Positions 50,341-61,612 are shown, counted from the first letter of the stretch. The stretch: DNA of 64,000 nucleotides from an uncultured Methanosarcinales archaeon (GCA_963843555.1 CAWJKV010000005.1:256001-320000); one strand, 5' to 3'. The notes: generated from the letters alone by a model not told the origin. Made by a program: numbers and translations.

Positions 50341-51084
50341 TCAAATTATCACGCTCACCAGATCCCAGCCTGCGATCGTCGGCGCCCCGGAGAGCTCTAT
50401 AACCTGCTCAGCCATCTCATCCTCATGCCCCTCCGCCTGCGGGTAGAGGTGAGTGAGAATCACGCGCTTTACGTTCTGATTGCGAAGCATATGGCCCAGC
50501 TTCCTGGGCGTGCTGTGGTTGGTGACATCAAAGGGCTCAGGGAAAGAGCACTCATGGATGAGCAGGTCTGCACCATCCGCCAGCGCCGCTACGCGGGCCG
50601 AGGGCTCGGTGTCGCCCGAATAGACGATCACTTTATCCTCTGCCTCAAGGCGATAGGCCAGGGCGGTTACGCTATGGCGCGCCTCTTCTGCAAAGATGTC
50701 GAAGCCCTTGATAGAGAAGGAATCCATGGGGGAGAGTTCGTGCACCACAGACTGCATCCTTTCCAGGTTAGGGTAAGCACTGCGAACTATCTTAAACCAG
50801 ATATCAGTTCCGTTGGGGCCATAAATCTCCAGGCCGGGCAAGCCTGATAGGTAGCGCGCATTGGCCAGAGCCAGGAGATCTGAGACATGGTCAAGGTGCA
50901 GATGCGTGAGCACGACTGTGTCCAGAGGTTCGATGGCCATACCGGCCTGCTCCAGGCGCAGGAGCGTGCCTGCACCGCAGTCAAAGAGAAGGGGCTGACC
51001 GTTCTCCAGCAAGACCGCCGCCTGGGAGCGGCCGGGCTGGGGGATGCCGACGCCAGTTCCAAGCAAGGTGATTTTCAGGCTCAT
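50341..51084 (-). CDS. MBL-fold metallohydrolase (RNase Z-like)
   Basis: LLGTG, LFDCGAG, THLHLDHVSD, YSGDT, LIHECS, ILTHLYP. Confidence 0.9.
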   Translation of the reverse strand: MSLKITLLGTGVGIPQPGRSQAAVLLENGQPLLFDCGAGTLLRLEQAGMAIEPLDTVVLTHLHLDHVSDLLALANARYLSGLPGLEIYGPNGTDIWFKIVRSAYPNLERMQSVVHELSPMDSFSIKGFDIFAEEARHSVTALAYRLEAEDKVIVYSGDTEPSARVAALADGADLLIHECSFPEPFDVTNHSTPRKLGHMLRNQNVKRVILTHLYPQAEGHEDEMAEQVIELSGAPTIAGWDLVSVII

Positions 51085-51121
51085 TCAATAGTATTTTGGA
51101 CTCGATGGTAAATAATGGTAT

Positions 51122-51457
51122 TCATGACCTTATCATAACCAATAGCATCTTAAATTTGCTTAGAGCCTTGAGGGCATGAGTCTCGCCGGCAGGCAAGATC
51201 ACATGGTCGCCTTGGCCCAGATGGTACGATTTTCCTGAGATCTTAATCTCGACCTCTCCATCAATGACATGCACAAGTGCATCAAAGGGTGCTGTGTGCT
51301 CGCTTAAACCCTGGCCTTCATCAAAGGCAAAAAGCGTTACTGTCCCAGTGCTTTTGCGAATTATCTCCCGGCTCACCACTGATTCGTCCTGATAGCCTAC
51401 CAGATCCGCAAGCTTCTGGACCTTTGGTATACTGATATCGTTCTCTTTTTCTGTCAT
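51122..51457 (-). CDS. Cupin domain protein
   Basis: FAFDEGQGLSEHTAPFDA, PAGETHAL. Confidence 0.9.
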   Translation of the reverse strand: MTEKENDISIPKVQKLADLVGYQDESVVSREIIRKSTGTVTLFAFDEGQGLSEHTAPFDALVHVIDGEVEIKISGKSYHLGQGDHVILPAGETHALKALSKFKMLLVMIRS

Positions 51458-51475
51458 CTAAAAATTCTCCTAATT

Positions 51476-51881
51476 CTAAATCATCTGAACATTTATGGTC
51501 GCTCTCGCTTTCTCATACATTTTTCTGTCAAGGGTCAAAGCGTCACTTCTCCCTCTCTGCTGCTGCCAGGAAGAGCGAATCATAAAATGTCGTCTTATTC
51601 TCCAAAGCAATCTCGTAAGCCAATTCAGCCAGATCTGAGGTGAGAATCACTCTGCATGCTTTAATGAATTCCAGGCATTTGGAGAGCGACTCTCTGGTGG
51701 AGTCTTTGCTTTCCTTAAACAGGGCGACCCTCTTCCAGGCAGCATTGCCAACTTCCGTTACGGCAAGATCAAGTGTAATCGGACTGAGTAGATCTACAGC
51801 ATCTATTGCCCGTTGAGATGCGTCTTCTTCAAAGTAGGGGGCAAATATAACACCTGAATCAAGGACAGCTCTATCTCGCAT
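51476..51881 (-). CDS. vapC: VapC PIN toxin (paralog of 11643-12053); frameshift ~51545
   Basis: VLDSGVI, EVGNAAWK, FYDSLFLAAA; LTLDRKMYEKARATINVQMI* continues in another frame. Confidence 0.85.
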
Positions 51882-52102
51882 CCCTGTCCTCTCTTATCAG
51901 TTCAGATCCACTAACGCCTATATTCTTCGTCGCCTTTCTCAGCTCTCCTGCCTCACTAAGGAGAATATGTCTTCTCTTCTCCCTGACCAGCTCCTCGACC
52001 GCCTGCCGGAGATCCGGCTGCCAGTTAACGTCCTTCATTTCAGCCATCATTTGCCGGTCTTCTGCAGGGACGCGAATTTGTATACACACAACTTGCAGAC
52101 AT
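51871..52102 (-). CDS. vapB: VapB-type antitoxin (paralog of 12043-12270)
   Basis: MKDVNWQPDLRQAVEELVREK, SELIREDRDAR. Confidence 0.8.
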
Positions 52103-52562
52103 AATGTTATGTTTATGTTAAAGATATATACATATTACTGTCTCCTCTAATACATCATAAACTTTTAAGATGAGAACGGCCCAAAGAAGCACTGGGGTTA
52201 GAGAATGTTTTGCAACAACTCAAGGGAGGACGGGGAAGTTAAAATGGCTAAGAACTCCTCCTGGCTTTCCTTCCCTTCCTGCCGAGGAGAGCGAAATCAA
52301 CAGCATTTTGTCGATGCTGATTGGAAATGAAATAGGCCCGGGCAAGGTCGGAGGCTATTTGGAGAAGTTTCGATCTCATGTTGCAGCCCAAAAGGCCAGA
52401 TACCTGCCTTTGCGACTCGCGTCGGCCAACCAGGAAAGCATTAGAGCTGCCTGGCATAGTGGCGGCGCTCCCGAAAATGTCAAAGACTGGGCGAGCGCGG
52501 GTGCGGCAGGGCAGAGATAGTCGTTATGACCTTGAAGTCTGAATACAGCCGCTAATCCGGGG

Positions 52563-53885
52563 TTGGGTTTAAGTATCAGCAAAAAGGTTCTTTCTTCCAG
52601 TCAACTAAGAAATTTCCGGGTGATATTTTTGCAGAAGAGCGTCGTCAAGGATCCAGGTCTGGCAGAAGCAGGGGAGAAGCGCATCGAATGGTCCCGCAGG
52701 CACATGCCCGTTCTGGAGAAGATCAAGCAAGAGTTCGAAAGGGACAAGCCCCTCAAGGGCGCGCGCATCGTAGCCTGCCTGCATGTGACTGTGGAGACGG
52801 CCAACCTCATAACTACTCTCGTGGCGGGCGGAGCCGAGGTGGCAGTCACAGGCTCCAATCCTCTCTCCACTCAGGATGAAGTGGCAGCAGCTCTTGCAGC
52901 TCGCGGCCTTCACGTCTACGCCTTCCGGGGCGAGAACGAAAAAGAGTACTATGAGTGCATCAAGAAGGCCCTGGAGCTCAAGCCCAATGTCAGCCTGGAC
53001 GACGGCGCCGACACCATCGCCATTATCCACAAGGAGCAGCCGGAGCTTGCCGCCCAGATGTTTGGCGGCTGCGAGGAGACCACCACCGGAGTCGTGCGCC
53101 TGCGGGCCATGGCCGAGGATAATGCGCTGCTCTACCCGGTAATAGCCGTCAACGATGCCGAGACCAAGATGATGTTCGACAACCGCTATGGCACGGGCCA
53201 GAGCACATTGCACGGCATTATGCAGGCCACTAATTTTCTCTTTGCCGGAAAAACCGTGGTCGTGGGTGGCTATGGTTGGTGCGGCCGGGGATTTGCCATG
53301 CGGGCCCATGGCCTGGGTGCTAATGTCATCGTCATAGAGATCGAGCCGCGCAAAGCCCTGGAGGCTGCTATGGACGGCTACCGGGTCATGCCTATGCTGC
53401 AGGCGGCCCCCCTGGGAGATCTATTTGTCACCCTCACCGGCGACATAAACGTCATCCGAAAAGAGCACTTCGAGTTGATGAAGGACCAGGCAATCCTTGC
53501 CAACAGCGGTCACTTCAATGTGGAGATCGACATACCCTCACTGGAGAAGATGGCATCAGAGAAGAATGAGATACAAAACAACGTCACAGAGTATAAGCTC
53601 AAAGACGGCCGCAGGCTTTACCTGCTGGCGGAAGGCCGGCTGATCAATTTGGCTGCTGCCTACGGCCACCCTCCCGAGGTCATGGACATGTCCTTCGCCA
53701 ACCAGGCACTGGCAGTGCGCTACATTGTAGAACACGGCCGAAACCTGGAGAAGAAGGTCTATGCCGTGCCTGTGGAGATCGATCGCAGAGTAGCGGAGCT
53801 GAAACTGGCCTCCATGGGTCTTGAGACGGAGAAGCTCACTGCCGAACAGGACAAATACATGCATAGCTGGCAGATGGGGACTTGA
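52563..53885 (+). CDS. ahcY: S-adenosylhomocysteine hydrolase (true start probably ~52620-52629)
   Basis: [55 protein letters not shown]. Confidence 0.95.
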   Translation: MGLSISKKVLSSSQLRNFRVIFLQKSVVKDPGLAEAGEKRIEWSRRHMPVLEKIKQEFERDKPLKGARIVACLHVTVETANLITTLVAGGAEVAVTGSNPLSTQDEVAAALAARGLHVYAFRGENEKEYYECIKKALELKPNVSLDDGADTIAIIHKEQPELAAQMFGGCEETTTGVVRLRAMAEDNALLYPVIAVNDAETKMMFDNRYGTGQSTLHGIMQATNFLFAGKTVVVGGYGWCGRGFAMRAHGLGANVIVIEIEPRKALEAAMDGYRVMPMLQAAPLGDLFVTLTGDINVIRKEHFELMKDQAILANSGHFNVEIDIPSLEKMASEKNEIQNNVTEYKLKDGRRLYLLAEGRLINLAAAYGHPPEVMDMSFANQALAVRYIVEHGRNLEKKVYAVPVEIDRRVAELKLASMGLETEKLTAEQDKYMHSWQMGT

Positions 53886-54988
53886 AAGGGGGGTGTTCGG
53901 CCTTGGATCTGTTGAGGGAGAATCTGGAGGCATACCTGAAGAGCCTCTATGGAAACGATCTTACGCTCATTAGCCTGCAGAAGCTGGGTGAGACCATCCC
54001 TACCACAGAGGACGTGAAGGGATTCGGATATGGATCGCCTCTGCTGGTGGAGTATCAGGTCTCGGGAAAAAAAGGCTCTAGCGTACTCTCTTCCATGCGC
54101 GTGCAGCACGGCTTCGGCCATGACCATTTCTCCGACCGGGCGAGGATAATGATCTGGCAGAACTCGACCTTTGCCAATCTACCCAAGCATGTCCCATCTC
54201 TTGACGTGGGCTACTTCACAGAAAAAGGGAAGCTGGTATCAGCCGGAGACGCTCGCGAGTATTTCTTGCTCATGGAGAAGATCGAGGGAAAGGAGTACTT
54301 CTTCGATCTGGAGAGGGTCAAAGAGCAGGGAGCGACAGAACTGGACCGCGACCGGGTCATCGCCCTCTCCAATTATCTTGCTGAGATTCATTCCGTCAAG
54401 AACGACTGCCCACCGCTATATCTGCGCAAGATCAGGGAGACGGTGGGAGATGGTGAGTGCATTTTCGGCATCCTGGACGACTACCCGGAAAACCCCAGTT
54501 TCCTGGACCCGGATGAGCTGCAAGAGATGGAGAAGGTCTGCGTGGAATGGCGCTGGAGGCTTCATGACAAAGCCCGCCGCCTCTGTCAGGTGCATGGCGA
54601 TTTTCATCCCTGGAATATCATGTTCCGGGAGGGCACGGACTTCTCCGTCCTGGACAGAAGCCGGGGAGAGTGGGGTGAAGCGGCTGACGACATCACCGCT
54701 CTGGCCATGAATTACATCTTCTACTCGGTGCAAAAGAGCCTGCGACTGACAGGTGATTTGAAAGACCTCTTTGAGCTCTTCTTTGAGAACTACCTGGAGA
54801 AGACTGGAGACGACGAACTCCTGGAGGTTATCGCACCATTCTTCGCATTCCGAGCGGTGGTCGTAGCCAGCCCCACCTGGTATCCGCTTCTCTCTGATGA
54901 TGTTCGAAGGGCGCTCTTCAATTTCCTGGAGAAGGTTCTGGCCTCGAAGCGATTCAATTTCAGGGATGTGAACAGCTACCTGGATTGA
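53882..54988 (+). CDS. Aminoglycoside phosphotransferase-like kinase
   Basis: [26 protein letters not shown]; overlaps ahcY stop. Confidence 0.85.
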   Translation: MKGGCSALDLLRENLEAYLKSLYGNDLTLISLQKLGETIPTTEDVKGFGYGSPLLVEYQVSGKKGSSVLSSMRVQHGFGHDHFSDRARIMIWQNSTFANLPKHVPSLDVGYFTEKGKLVSAGDAREYFLLMEKIEGKEYFFDLERVKEQGATELDRDRVIALSNYLAEIHSVKNDCPPLYLRKIRETVGDGECIFGILDDYPENPSFLDPDELQEMEKVCVEWRWRLHDKARRLCQVHGDFHPWNIMFREGTDFSVLDRSRGEWGEAADDITALAMNYIFYSVQKSLRLTGDLKDLFELFFENYLEKTGDDELLEVIAPFFAFRAVVVASPTWYPLLSDDVRRALFNFLEKVLASKRFNFRDVNSYLD

Positions 54989-56052
54989 AGAAGAAAATGA
55001 AAACCTACGCCTTCGAACTCTCCGGGGAACATGAAACTCTGCCCAGATGTGAAGCTCTGGCTCTGGTGGAGATCAATTCCACCAGCTTTCAGGAGACGGC
55101 CTTCCTGGACCAGTGCCTGATCGTCGAGGCGGAAGGCCTCGATTTGCAGCTGCTGGCTGAGCGCCTGGCTATGACTCATCGCATTATCGAGGTCCTGACG
55201 ATCTGCGACGCAAATCTGGAGGCTCTTGCTGGGTGTGCAGGCGGCCTGGATCTTCCTAAGAAGAGATATCTGGTCAGGGCTCGACGGATCAAGGACGCTG
55301 CGCCCGGTGCAGATGCCGTGGAGCATGAGGTGGGACGAGTTCTCTTTCAGAAAGGCTACAAGGCAGACCTGAAAGATCCGGAGATGGTGTTGAGGGCCAT
55401 TATCACATCAGGAAAGATAATCATAGGGATGGAAGCGGCCGTAATGGATCGCAGCTCTTTTGAGTGGCGCCGTCCACATCTAAAGCCCTTTTTTCACCCC
55501 GGCGTTCTCATGCCGCGCATGGCCCGCTCATTGGTCAACCTTACCCAGACTCGTGCTGGTGAAAGGCTGCTCGACCCCTTTGCAGGAACCTGCGGCATTC
55601 TGATCGAGGCCTGTCTGATTGGCATTGAGGGTGTGGGCATCGAAGTTCAAGCTCGGCTGGTGAAGGGAGCTCTCTGCAACCTCCACAACCAGGATTGCAG
55701 TCTCGTACTGGGAGATGCAAAGCGTCTGCCCCTGCAAGATGCTTCCATGGACGGAGCCGTCCTGGATACGCCCTATGGAAGGTCGGCCAAGATACTGGCC
55801 GTCTCCAAAGAACTACTCCTGGAGGAGAGCCTGGGGGAGCTATTTCGGGTGATCAAGCCCGGCAGACGCATGGTAATCGTGGCGGATGCGCCCCTGGATG
55901 ACATGCTGGCCAATGCCGGGTTTAGCATCATCCAAAAACATACAGACCGGGTGCATCGAAGCCTGACCAGGCATATTTTTGTTGCCAAAAAAGGGGATGA
56001 GATGCGAACAATGCTGCAAGATAAAATGTCAAAAACTTTTGACTTGTCTTAA
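54985..56052 (+). CDS. trm11: tRNA (guanine-10-N2) methyltransferase, THUMP + Rossmann
   Basis: FELSGEH, RRPHLKPFFHPG, LDPFAGTCGILIEA, DTPYGRS, VHRSLTR. Confidence 0.88.
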   Translation: MKKKMKTYAFELSGEHETLPRCEALALVEINSTSFQETAFLDQCLIVEAEGLDLQLLAERLAMTHRIIEVLTICDANLEALAGCAGGLDLPKKRYLVRARRIKDAAPGADAVEHEVGRVLFQKGYKADLKDPEMVLRAIITSGKIIIGMEAAVMDRSSFEWRRPHLKPFFHPGVLMPRMARSLVNLTQTRAGERLLDPFAGTCGILIEACLIGIEGVGIEVQARLVKGALCNLHNQDCSLVLGDAKRLPLQDASMDGAVLDTPYGRSAKILAVSKELLLEESLGELFRVIKPGRRMVIVADAPLDDMLANAGFSIIQKHTDRVHRSLTRHIFVAKKGDEMRTMLQDKMSKTFDLS

Positions 56053-56167
56053 AGCTCTATAGTCGATTGTGAAGACGCAAAGAGGAACCGCGACAGCCAA
56101 TTTCTGCCGGTTATTCTATTCCTGCATCATAATACCATTGTTGATACTCATTATTTTTCTATTTTTA

Positions 56168-56410
56168 TTAATATATCTCTTTCTGAATCGCTTTGAGACT
56201 CCCCAAGAGCTCTGTTCCCTTTTCCGTAGTTTCATATACTAAAGAAGGTTCTTGTTTAGCATCAATAAACCCCTTTTCGGTCAATAATTTTAAATACGGG
56301 TCTACAGTTCTGAAATTGAGATTCGCCTGGTACACTATCCGAGTCTTATTTGCACCATGAGTACAAATATACAATATCTGAGATATGATCAGATCGCGGC
56401 TGCGTTTCAC
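56168..56410 (-). CDS. Winged-helix regulator (small archaeal family)
   Basis: KRSRDLIISQIL..C..GANKTRIVYQANLNF, YETTEKG. Confidence 0.85.
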   Translation of the reverse strand: MKRSRDLIISQILYICTHGANKTRIVYQANLNFRTVDPYLKLLTEKGFIDAKQEPSLVYETTEKGTELLGSLKAIQKEIY

Positions 56411-56993
56411 GATTCCACCTCTTTATTTCGGTTTGCTTTTTCACGAGCTCTTTGGCAAGTTTGCTTTAATCAGTATATTTTGCTTCAAGTCAGCAATTAT
56501 TGTAAGGTCCAAATTGGGATATAAATCTGGTGTACCAAAGATACGGAAGATTTATCCCTAGTATTTGAAAGAACGTAGCTGATTCTGTCTGATTATAGTG
56601 CCCCCATATCGATTTATGAGGAAAATGTACATGATGACGGATTTCTTGTCACAGATACGGATCTTGCCATGGGCACAAAGGAGCTTGTCGATAAAAAATC
56701 ATTTGTCAGTGAACCAGATTGGACTAACGGCGTTGCGGACAAAGACTCCTTACTGAGATTGGTTTTATTCAATTGGTCAATGGCACGTCTTACAAAAACT
56801 CTCCCATATTTTGGTCGCGCATCTTGGTCGCGTATCAATTTAGCTTAAGAATCGTGATTTGTGGTTCAAATCCTGAGCGAGTAAAAGGGATGAAATCTTA
56901 ACATACTAAAAAAATGCATTATGCTTAAATAGTTTGGTCGGTGATGGTCATTCATGGACCCTGTGAGCCAAAAAAGCGAATAAGAGGCTAGCT

Positions 56994-57806
56994 ATGTCGT
57001 TTGCATACGATAAATACGATCTGGCCGAGACCAAACTGAAGGCTTTCACCAGATCTGCAGTGCGCACAAGAGTGATGCTCTGCCTGCTGGAAGGAGAGCT
57101 GAACGCAGGAGAGTTGGAGATGGAAATGGGTCTTCGGGCCACCACAATACTTCATTGCCTCAAAGAGTTGAGCGAGGAAAAACTGGTCACAAAAAGGGAC
57201 CATGGATACAGACTCACAAATATTGGCAGAATCCAGGCTATGATCCTGGAAGAGCTGATAGGCACCATTGTGATCCTGGATCGACATTGGAATTTCTGGA
57301 TGATTCATGACCTGAGCGACATACCTGCCAGGCTGCAAATGAATTTGGGAATGCTTGTTCAATGCCAGTTGATCAAATCGGACCCTACCTCGCTTCTCAA
57401 AAGCCATGAGCACTTTCTTGCAGAGCTCACGAGGTCCAGGAAAATTCGTAGCATTACGCCTATAATTGCTCCCGGGCACACGGAGGTTATCACCGGGGCC
57501 GTCGAAGATGGGGCTAAAGTCGAATTGATCTTAACCCCTGCCGTCTACAGTGCCATGCTCAAAGAATGCTCCGATCTCTTGAAGAGGTTGCTCCAATCCG
57601 ATAACTTCCAGTTGTATATGCTAAAAAAAGAAATTAAGATAGCCCTTACTGTGACAGATTCCCTCATATCCCTGGGACTGTACAGGCTGGACGACGGGTA
57701 TGACCTCGGCAATGAACTTTTCTGTGAGAAAGAGACATCGCGCGCATGGGGCAAAGAACTTTTTAATTATTATCTGAATCAATCCACATTGGTAAAGAGG
57801 GTTTAG
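56994..57806 (+). CDS. Winged-helix regulator with DUF1724-like C-terminus
   Basis: SAVRTRVMLCL, YRLTNIGRI, FW..HDLSDIP, LTVTD, WGKELFNYY. Confidence 0.82.
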   Translation: MSFAYDKYDLAETKLKAFTRSAVRTRVMLCLLEGELNAGELEMEMGLRATTILHCLKELSEEKLVTKRDHGYRLTNIGRIQAMILEELIGTIVILDRHWNFWMIHDLSDIPARLQMNLGMLVQCQLIKSDPTSLLKSHEHFLAELTRSRKIRSITPIIAPGHTEVITGAVEDGAKVELILTPAVYSAMLKECSDLLKRLLQSDNFQLYMLKKEIKIALTVTDSLISLGLYRLDDGYDLGNELFCEKETSRAWGKELFNYYLNQSTLVKRV

Positions 57807-57939
57807 CTGATTAGATTGAGCTTTCGTAATATTCATACAAAATGGGCATGACCTGAAGCAAAGCTCGAACATCTCTTTTTCTCTCCTCAGAACTGCCATT
57901 TGGCAATCAGGCAAGAGTCAAGAGATCGAAGCAGAGGAT

Positions 57940-58536
57940 TCAGGCCTCTGCTGCCTCGTAGTCTGTATCGATGGTATCCTGAAGACCATCCTCGGTATGA
58001 ACCGTCACCATGCGCTCAGAGACGTCCTGATCGGAGAGAATATCCGAAAAGCGCTTCGTGTAGCCGTCTCTCTCTGACGCCTTCTGGCTGTCAAAGATAT
58101 TTCTATATTCAGAAATGGTTGAAGGAGCTACACGCAGGCTTTCTGCCATATCTTTAACGGATTTGCCGGCATCTGTCAGGCGAAGAAACTCCTCCTTATC
58201 AAATGGAGGCTTCAGATCCGTCTCGCGAAATAGATGGAGCTTAATTCTGGCCCGGCTGACAGTCTTATTGAGGGCTCTATCACCCAATTGCTCTGCTATC
58301 TCAGTATCACTCAATCCTTTATAAAAGAGTCTCACCACAGAGGATAACTGCTCGGGAGTCAGCTTCGTCTGTATGCTGTATTGTTTGATCATCTCCCGGA
58401 CTACCCCCAACAGGGCGCGCTCGATCTCGCCGCTTCCCCGGAGACTACCATGACGAGTGGCCTGCTTCTCCACGACCTTGGTGGTGGCGCCAATCTTCAT
58501 AACGAGATCCCGCAGCTGATCAGTCCTACCACTCAT
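57940..58536 (-). CDS. Conserved euryarchaeal HTH protein (resembles haloarchaeal 'conditioned medium-induced protein 4')
   Basis: LRDL, RHGSL, VVRLFYKGLSDTEIAEQLG, TVSRARIKLHLFR, PPFD; recalled resemblance only. Confidence 0.6.
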   Translation of the reverse strand: MSGRTDQLRDLVMKIGATTKVVEKQATRHGSLRGSGEIERALLGVVREMIKQYSIQTKLTPEQLSSVVRLFYKGLSDTEIAEQLGDRALNKTVSRARIKLHLFRETDLKPPFDKEEFLRLTDAGKSVKDMAESLRVAPSTISEYRNIFDSQKASERDGYTKRFSDILSDQDVSERMVTVHTEDGLQDTIDTDYEAAEA

Positions 58537-58637
58537 TTGAGATACTCACCCCAAGGGAACTCCCATGTTTATAGTATAAAGAGATTTCGATTGTATTACA
58601 AACCTTTTTATACACGGCCTTCGTCTAGGAAGGCGGA

Positions 58638-59093
58638 ATGTCCGAGACCAGCATATATGTTGTCAAGACCACTGCGAATCAGGAACGATCGGTGGCCAAC
58701 ATGATCGCCCAGATAGCACGCAAGGAAAAGTATGATATAAGGGCACTGCTGGTACCAGATGTGCTGAAAGGCTACGTTCTTGTGGAATCACCAGCCCCCG
58801 AGATCGTGGATCAGGCGATTCAAGGAATACCCCACGCACGCTCTGTGATAAAAGGGGCCTCAAATATCGAAGAGGTTGAACACTTTCTCACCCCCAAGCC
58901 GGCAGTAATCGGAATTAATGAAGGCGCAATCGTTGAGCTCATATCCGGGCCCTTCAAGGGAGAGAAGGCAAGGGTCAAACGCGTGGACGTTGCCAAAGAA
59001 GAGATAACTGTGGAACTCTTTGAAGCTATGGTGCCCATCCCCATCACAGTAAGGGGAGATCACGTGCGCGTGCTCAGTAAAGATGAAACTTAG
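58638..59093 (+). CDS. spt5: Transcription elongation factor Spt5 (NusG)
   Basis: [34 protein letters not shown]. Confidence 0.96.
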   Translation: MSETSIYVVKTTANQERSVANMIAQIARKEKYDIRALLVPDVLKGYVLVESPAPEIVDQAIQGIPHARSVIKGASNIEEVEHFLTPKPAVIGINEGAIVELISGPFKGEKARVKRVDVAKEEITVELFEAMVPIPITVRGDHVRVLSKDET

Positions 59094-59104
59094 AGGTGTT
59101 TAAT

Positions 59105-59582
59105 TTGGCTAATGTCGTAGAAGCATTGGTCCCTGGCGGAAAGGCTAGCGCGGGGCCACCTTTGGGCCCGGCCCTTGGACCTCTGGGCGTGAATGTAGCC
59201 CAGGTGGTTGCCAAGATCAATGAGCAGACAAAAGATCTCAATGGAATGCAAGTTCCCAGTCAAGGTCATAGTGAAGTCCAGGACCGAATTCGAAATCGAA
59301 GTTGGCACTCCTCCCACATCGGCTCTTATCATCAGGGAGATAGGTGTGGAGAAGGGCACCGGCGACAAGACGATCGTGGGGAATCTGACAATGGAGCAGG
59401 TCTGAATGATCGCGAACATCAAGAGAAAAGGCCTTCTCTCCAAGACCCTGAAGAACGCTGCCCGCGAGGTCATCGGCACAGCAGGATCTTTGGGCGCGAC
59501 CGTTGATGGTATGCCCAGCAAAGAGGCCCAAGCGGCTGTGGCCAGCGGCAAGTACGATGAGATATTAGAAGCGAAGGCTTGA
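59105..59582 (+). CDS. rpl11: 50S ribosomal protein L11; frameshifts
   Basis: [37 protein letters not shown]. Confidence 0.95.
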
Positions 59583-59626
59583 AATATAAAGTTATAATCT
59601 CAATTCTGATTCTCTTTTTTGAGAAG

Positions 59627-59662
59627 CCGTAGGAGACCACAAAAGTCGCAGACTACGGAGGA
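59627..59662 (+). promoter_or_regulatory. Putative ribosomal protein L1 autoregulatory binding site overlapping SD
   Basis: CCGTAG-GA-GAC-cacaaaa-GTC-GCAGA-CTACGG followed by GGAGGA. Confidence 0.7.
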
Positions 59663-59667
59663 TTGAA

Positions 59668-60300
59668 ATGGATATCGAAGAAGCCGTTAAACAGGCTATC
59701 ACTGAGGCACCTGCCAGGAAGTTCAGCGAGAGCGTGGATCTGGCCATCAACCTTCACAACATCGACCTTGCCCAACCGGCAAACAGAGTCGATGCCGAGG
59801 TTATCCTACCCCACGGACTTGGCAAACCGACCAAGATCGCTGTATTCGCTGCCGGAGAGACTGCCCTGCGAGCCAAGAGCGCCGGCGCTGACCGGGTTAT
59901 CTCTGCGGACGAGATCAAGGAGTTCGCCGGAGACAAGAGAGCAGCGCGAAAACTGGCCGATGAGTACAAGTTCTTCATTGCAGAGACTCAGTTCATGCCT
60001 GTCATAGGTAAGAGCCTGGGTTCCGTCTTGGGCAAGAGGGGCAAGATGCCAACACCTCTGCCGCCAACACAGGATGTAACCCCGCAAGTACAGAGGCTCA
60101 GGAACATGATCAGGATCAGGTCCAGGGACAGACCGACCTTTCACCTGACTGTTGGGAATAGAAATATGAACACCAAAGAGCTGGCCGAAAACATCGAAGC
60201 GGTCGTCGTCAAGCTCGAGCAGACCCTGAAGGATGGTCGGCATAACCTGAAGTCCGTTTATGTCAAGACCACCATGGGGCCTTCTATAAAGGTGATCTAA
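59668..60300 (+). CDS. rpl1: 50S ribosomal protein L1
   Basis: RKFSESVDLAINL, LPHGLGK, LGKRGKMP, YVKTTMGP. Confidence 0.97.
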   Translation: MDIEEAVKQAITEAPARKFSESVDLAINLHNIDLAQPANRVDAEVILPHGLGKPTKIAVFAAGETALRAKSAGADRVISADEIKEFAGDKRAARKLADEYKFFIAETQFMPVIGKSLGSVLGKRGKMPTPLPPTQDVTPQVQRLRNMIRIRSRDRPTFHLTVGNRNMNTKELAENIEAVVVKLEQTLKDGRHNLKSVYVKTTMGPSIKVI

Positions 60301-61270
60301 ATGGCAGGAGCGACTCGTCACACTGCCCATATACCTGAATGGAAGGTTAAGGATGTAGAAGAGCTCGTCGAGAAGATAAGCAAGAGCAGAGTGGTCGGCA
60401 TAGTGGGCGTGCGTGAGATCCCTGCCAGCAATCTGCAGCAGATGCGAGGGAGTCTCAGAGGCAAGGTCGAGATAAGAATGGTGAGAAACACCATCGCTCG
60501 CCGTGCGCTGGAGGCATCCGCCCCGGATATCAGGCCGCTGGCTGATTTCATTGAAGACCAGACTGCTTTGATATTCAGCGATGAGAATCCCTTCAAGCTC
60601 AACAGCCTGCTGGAGAAAGGCAAACAGCCCATGCCCATTAAAGCCGGCTCACGTGCCCCCAAGGACATTATTGTCGAGGCCGGAGAGACTTCATTCTCAC
60701 CAGGACCCATGGTCGGCAAGCTCCAGGCAGCCGGTATTCCTGCCGCCATCAAAGGCGGAAAGGTGGTCATCAACCAGAAGATCACTCTCGCCAAAGAGGG
60801 AGAGATCGTTCCGCCAAGACTGCAGACATTCTGAAGACCATGGAGATCTTCCCCAGAAACGTAGGTCTGGAATTGAGAGCAGCCTACGAGGGTGGATTGA
60901 TCTTCAAGTCCAAGGATCTTTCCATCGATGTGGACGAGCCAGATCAGCTGAGCTATGCAATGCTTCAGCCAAGGCGCTGAGCTTTGCTGTCGAGATTGGC
61001 TATACCACGCCGGTTACGATCGGACCTATGCTGCAGAAGGCCCAAGACCAAGGCCAGAGCCCTGGTACTGGAAGCGGGAATACCCGTGCCGAGCATGATG
61101 GAGTTCATTCTGGCCAAGGCGGCTGCCAATGCCAAGGCCATTGCCAGCATGACCAGCGGCAAGACAGCTCCGGCGGCAGCCCCGCGGCTGCGCCCGCTGC
61201 CAAGGAAGAGAAAGAAGAGAAGAAGGATGAAGGAGACACCGCAGCAGGACTTGGTGCTCTATTCGGTTAA
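60301..61270 (+). CDS. rpl10: 50S ribosomal protein L10 (P0); several frameshifts
   Basis: [27 protein letters not shown]-terminal AAGLGALFG. Confidence 0.95.
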
Positions 61271-61302
61271 CTTGGTTTAAGATAATTAGAGGTCGATTCA
61301 AA

Positions 61303-61612
61303 ATGGAATACGTATATGCTGCATTACTGCTTCACAGCGCAGGCAAAGACGTTACTGAGGATGGAATAAAGAAGGTCGTCGAGGCCTCTGGTGTGGCCGT
61401 TGACGATGTTAGGGTCAAGGCCCTGGTGGCCGCTCTAGAAGGCGTGGACATCGCCAAGGTCCTCTCCCAGGCTGCCGTCATGCCAGTAGCCGCTGCCGCA
61501 CCGGTCGCTGCCGCTGCTGCTGCCGCGACTGCCGCCAAGCGAAGAGAAAGAAGAGAATAAGGAAGCTGCAGAGGAGAGCGGAGTAGAGGGCCTGGGTGCC
61601 CTATTCGGCTGA
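61303..61612 (+). CDS. rpl12: 50S ribosomal protein P1 (archaeal L12); frameshift in Ala/Glu hinge
   Basis: [25 protein letters not shown], ending EGLGALFG* at 61612. Confidence 0.95.

Noticed and set aside
52170..52520. 116-aa ORF upstream of ahcY
   Set aside because: No recognisable motif; may be a gene fragment but cannot be supported.
56420..56950. Short ORFs in the AT-rich gap between two winged-helix regulators
   Set aside because: No convincing start, SD or motif on either strand; probably a regulatory region.
59105..61612. Programmed frameshifting or pseudogenisation of ribosomal protein genes
   Set aside because: Breaks are scattered across unrelated essential genes with no shared slippery motif; sequencing error is more parsimonious.
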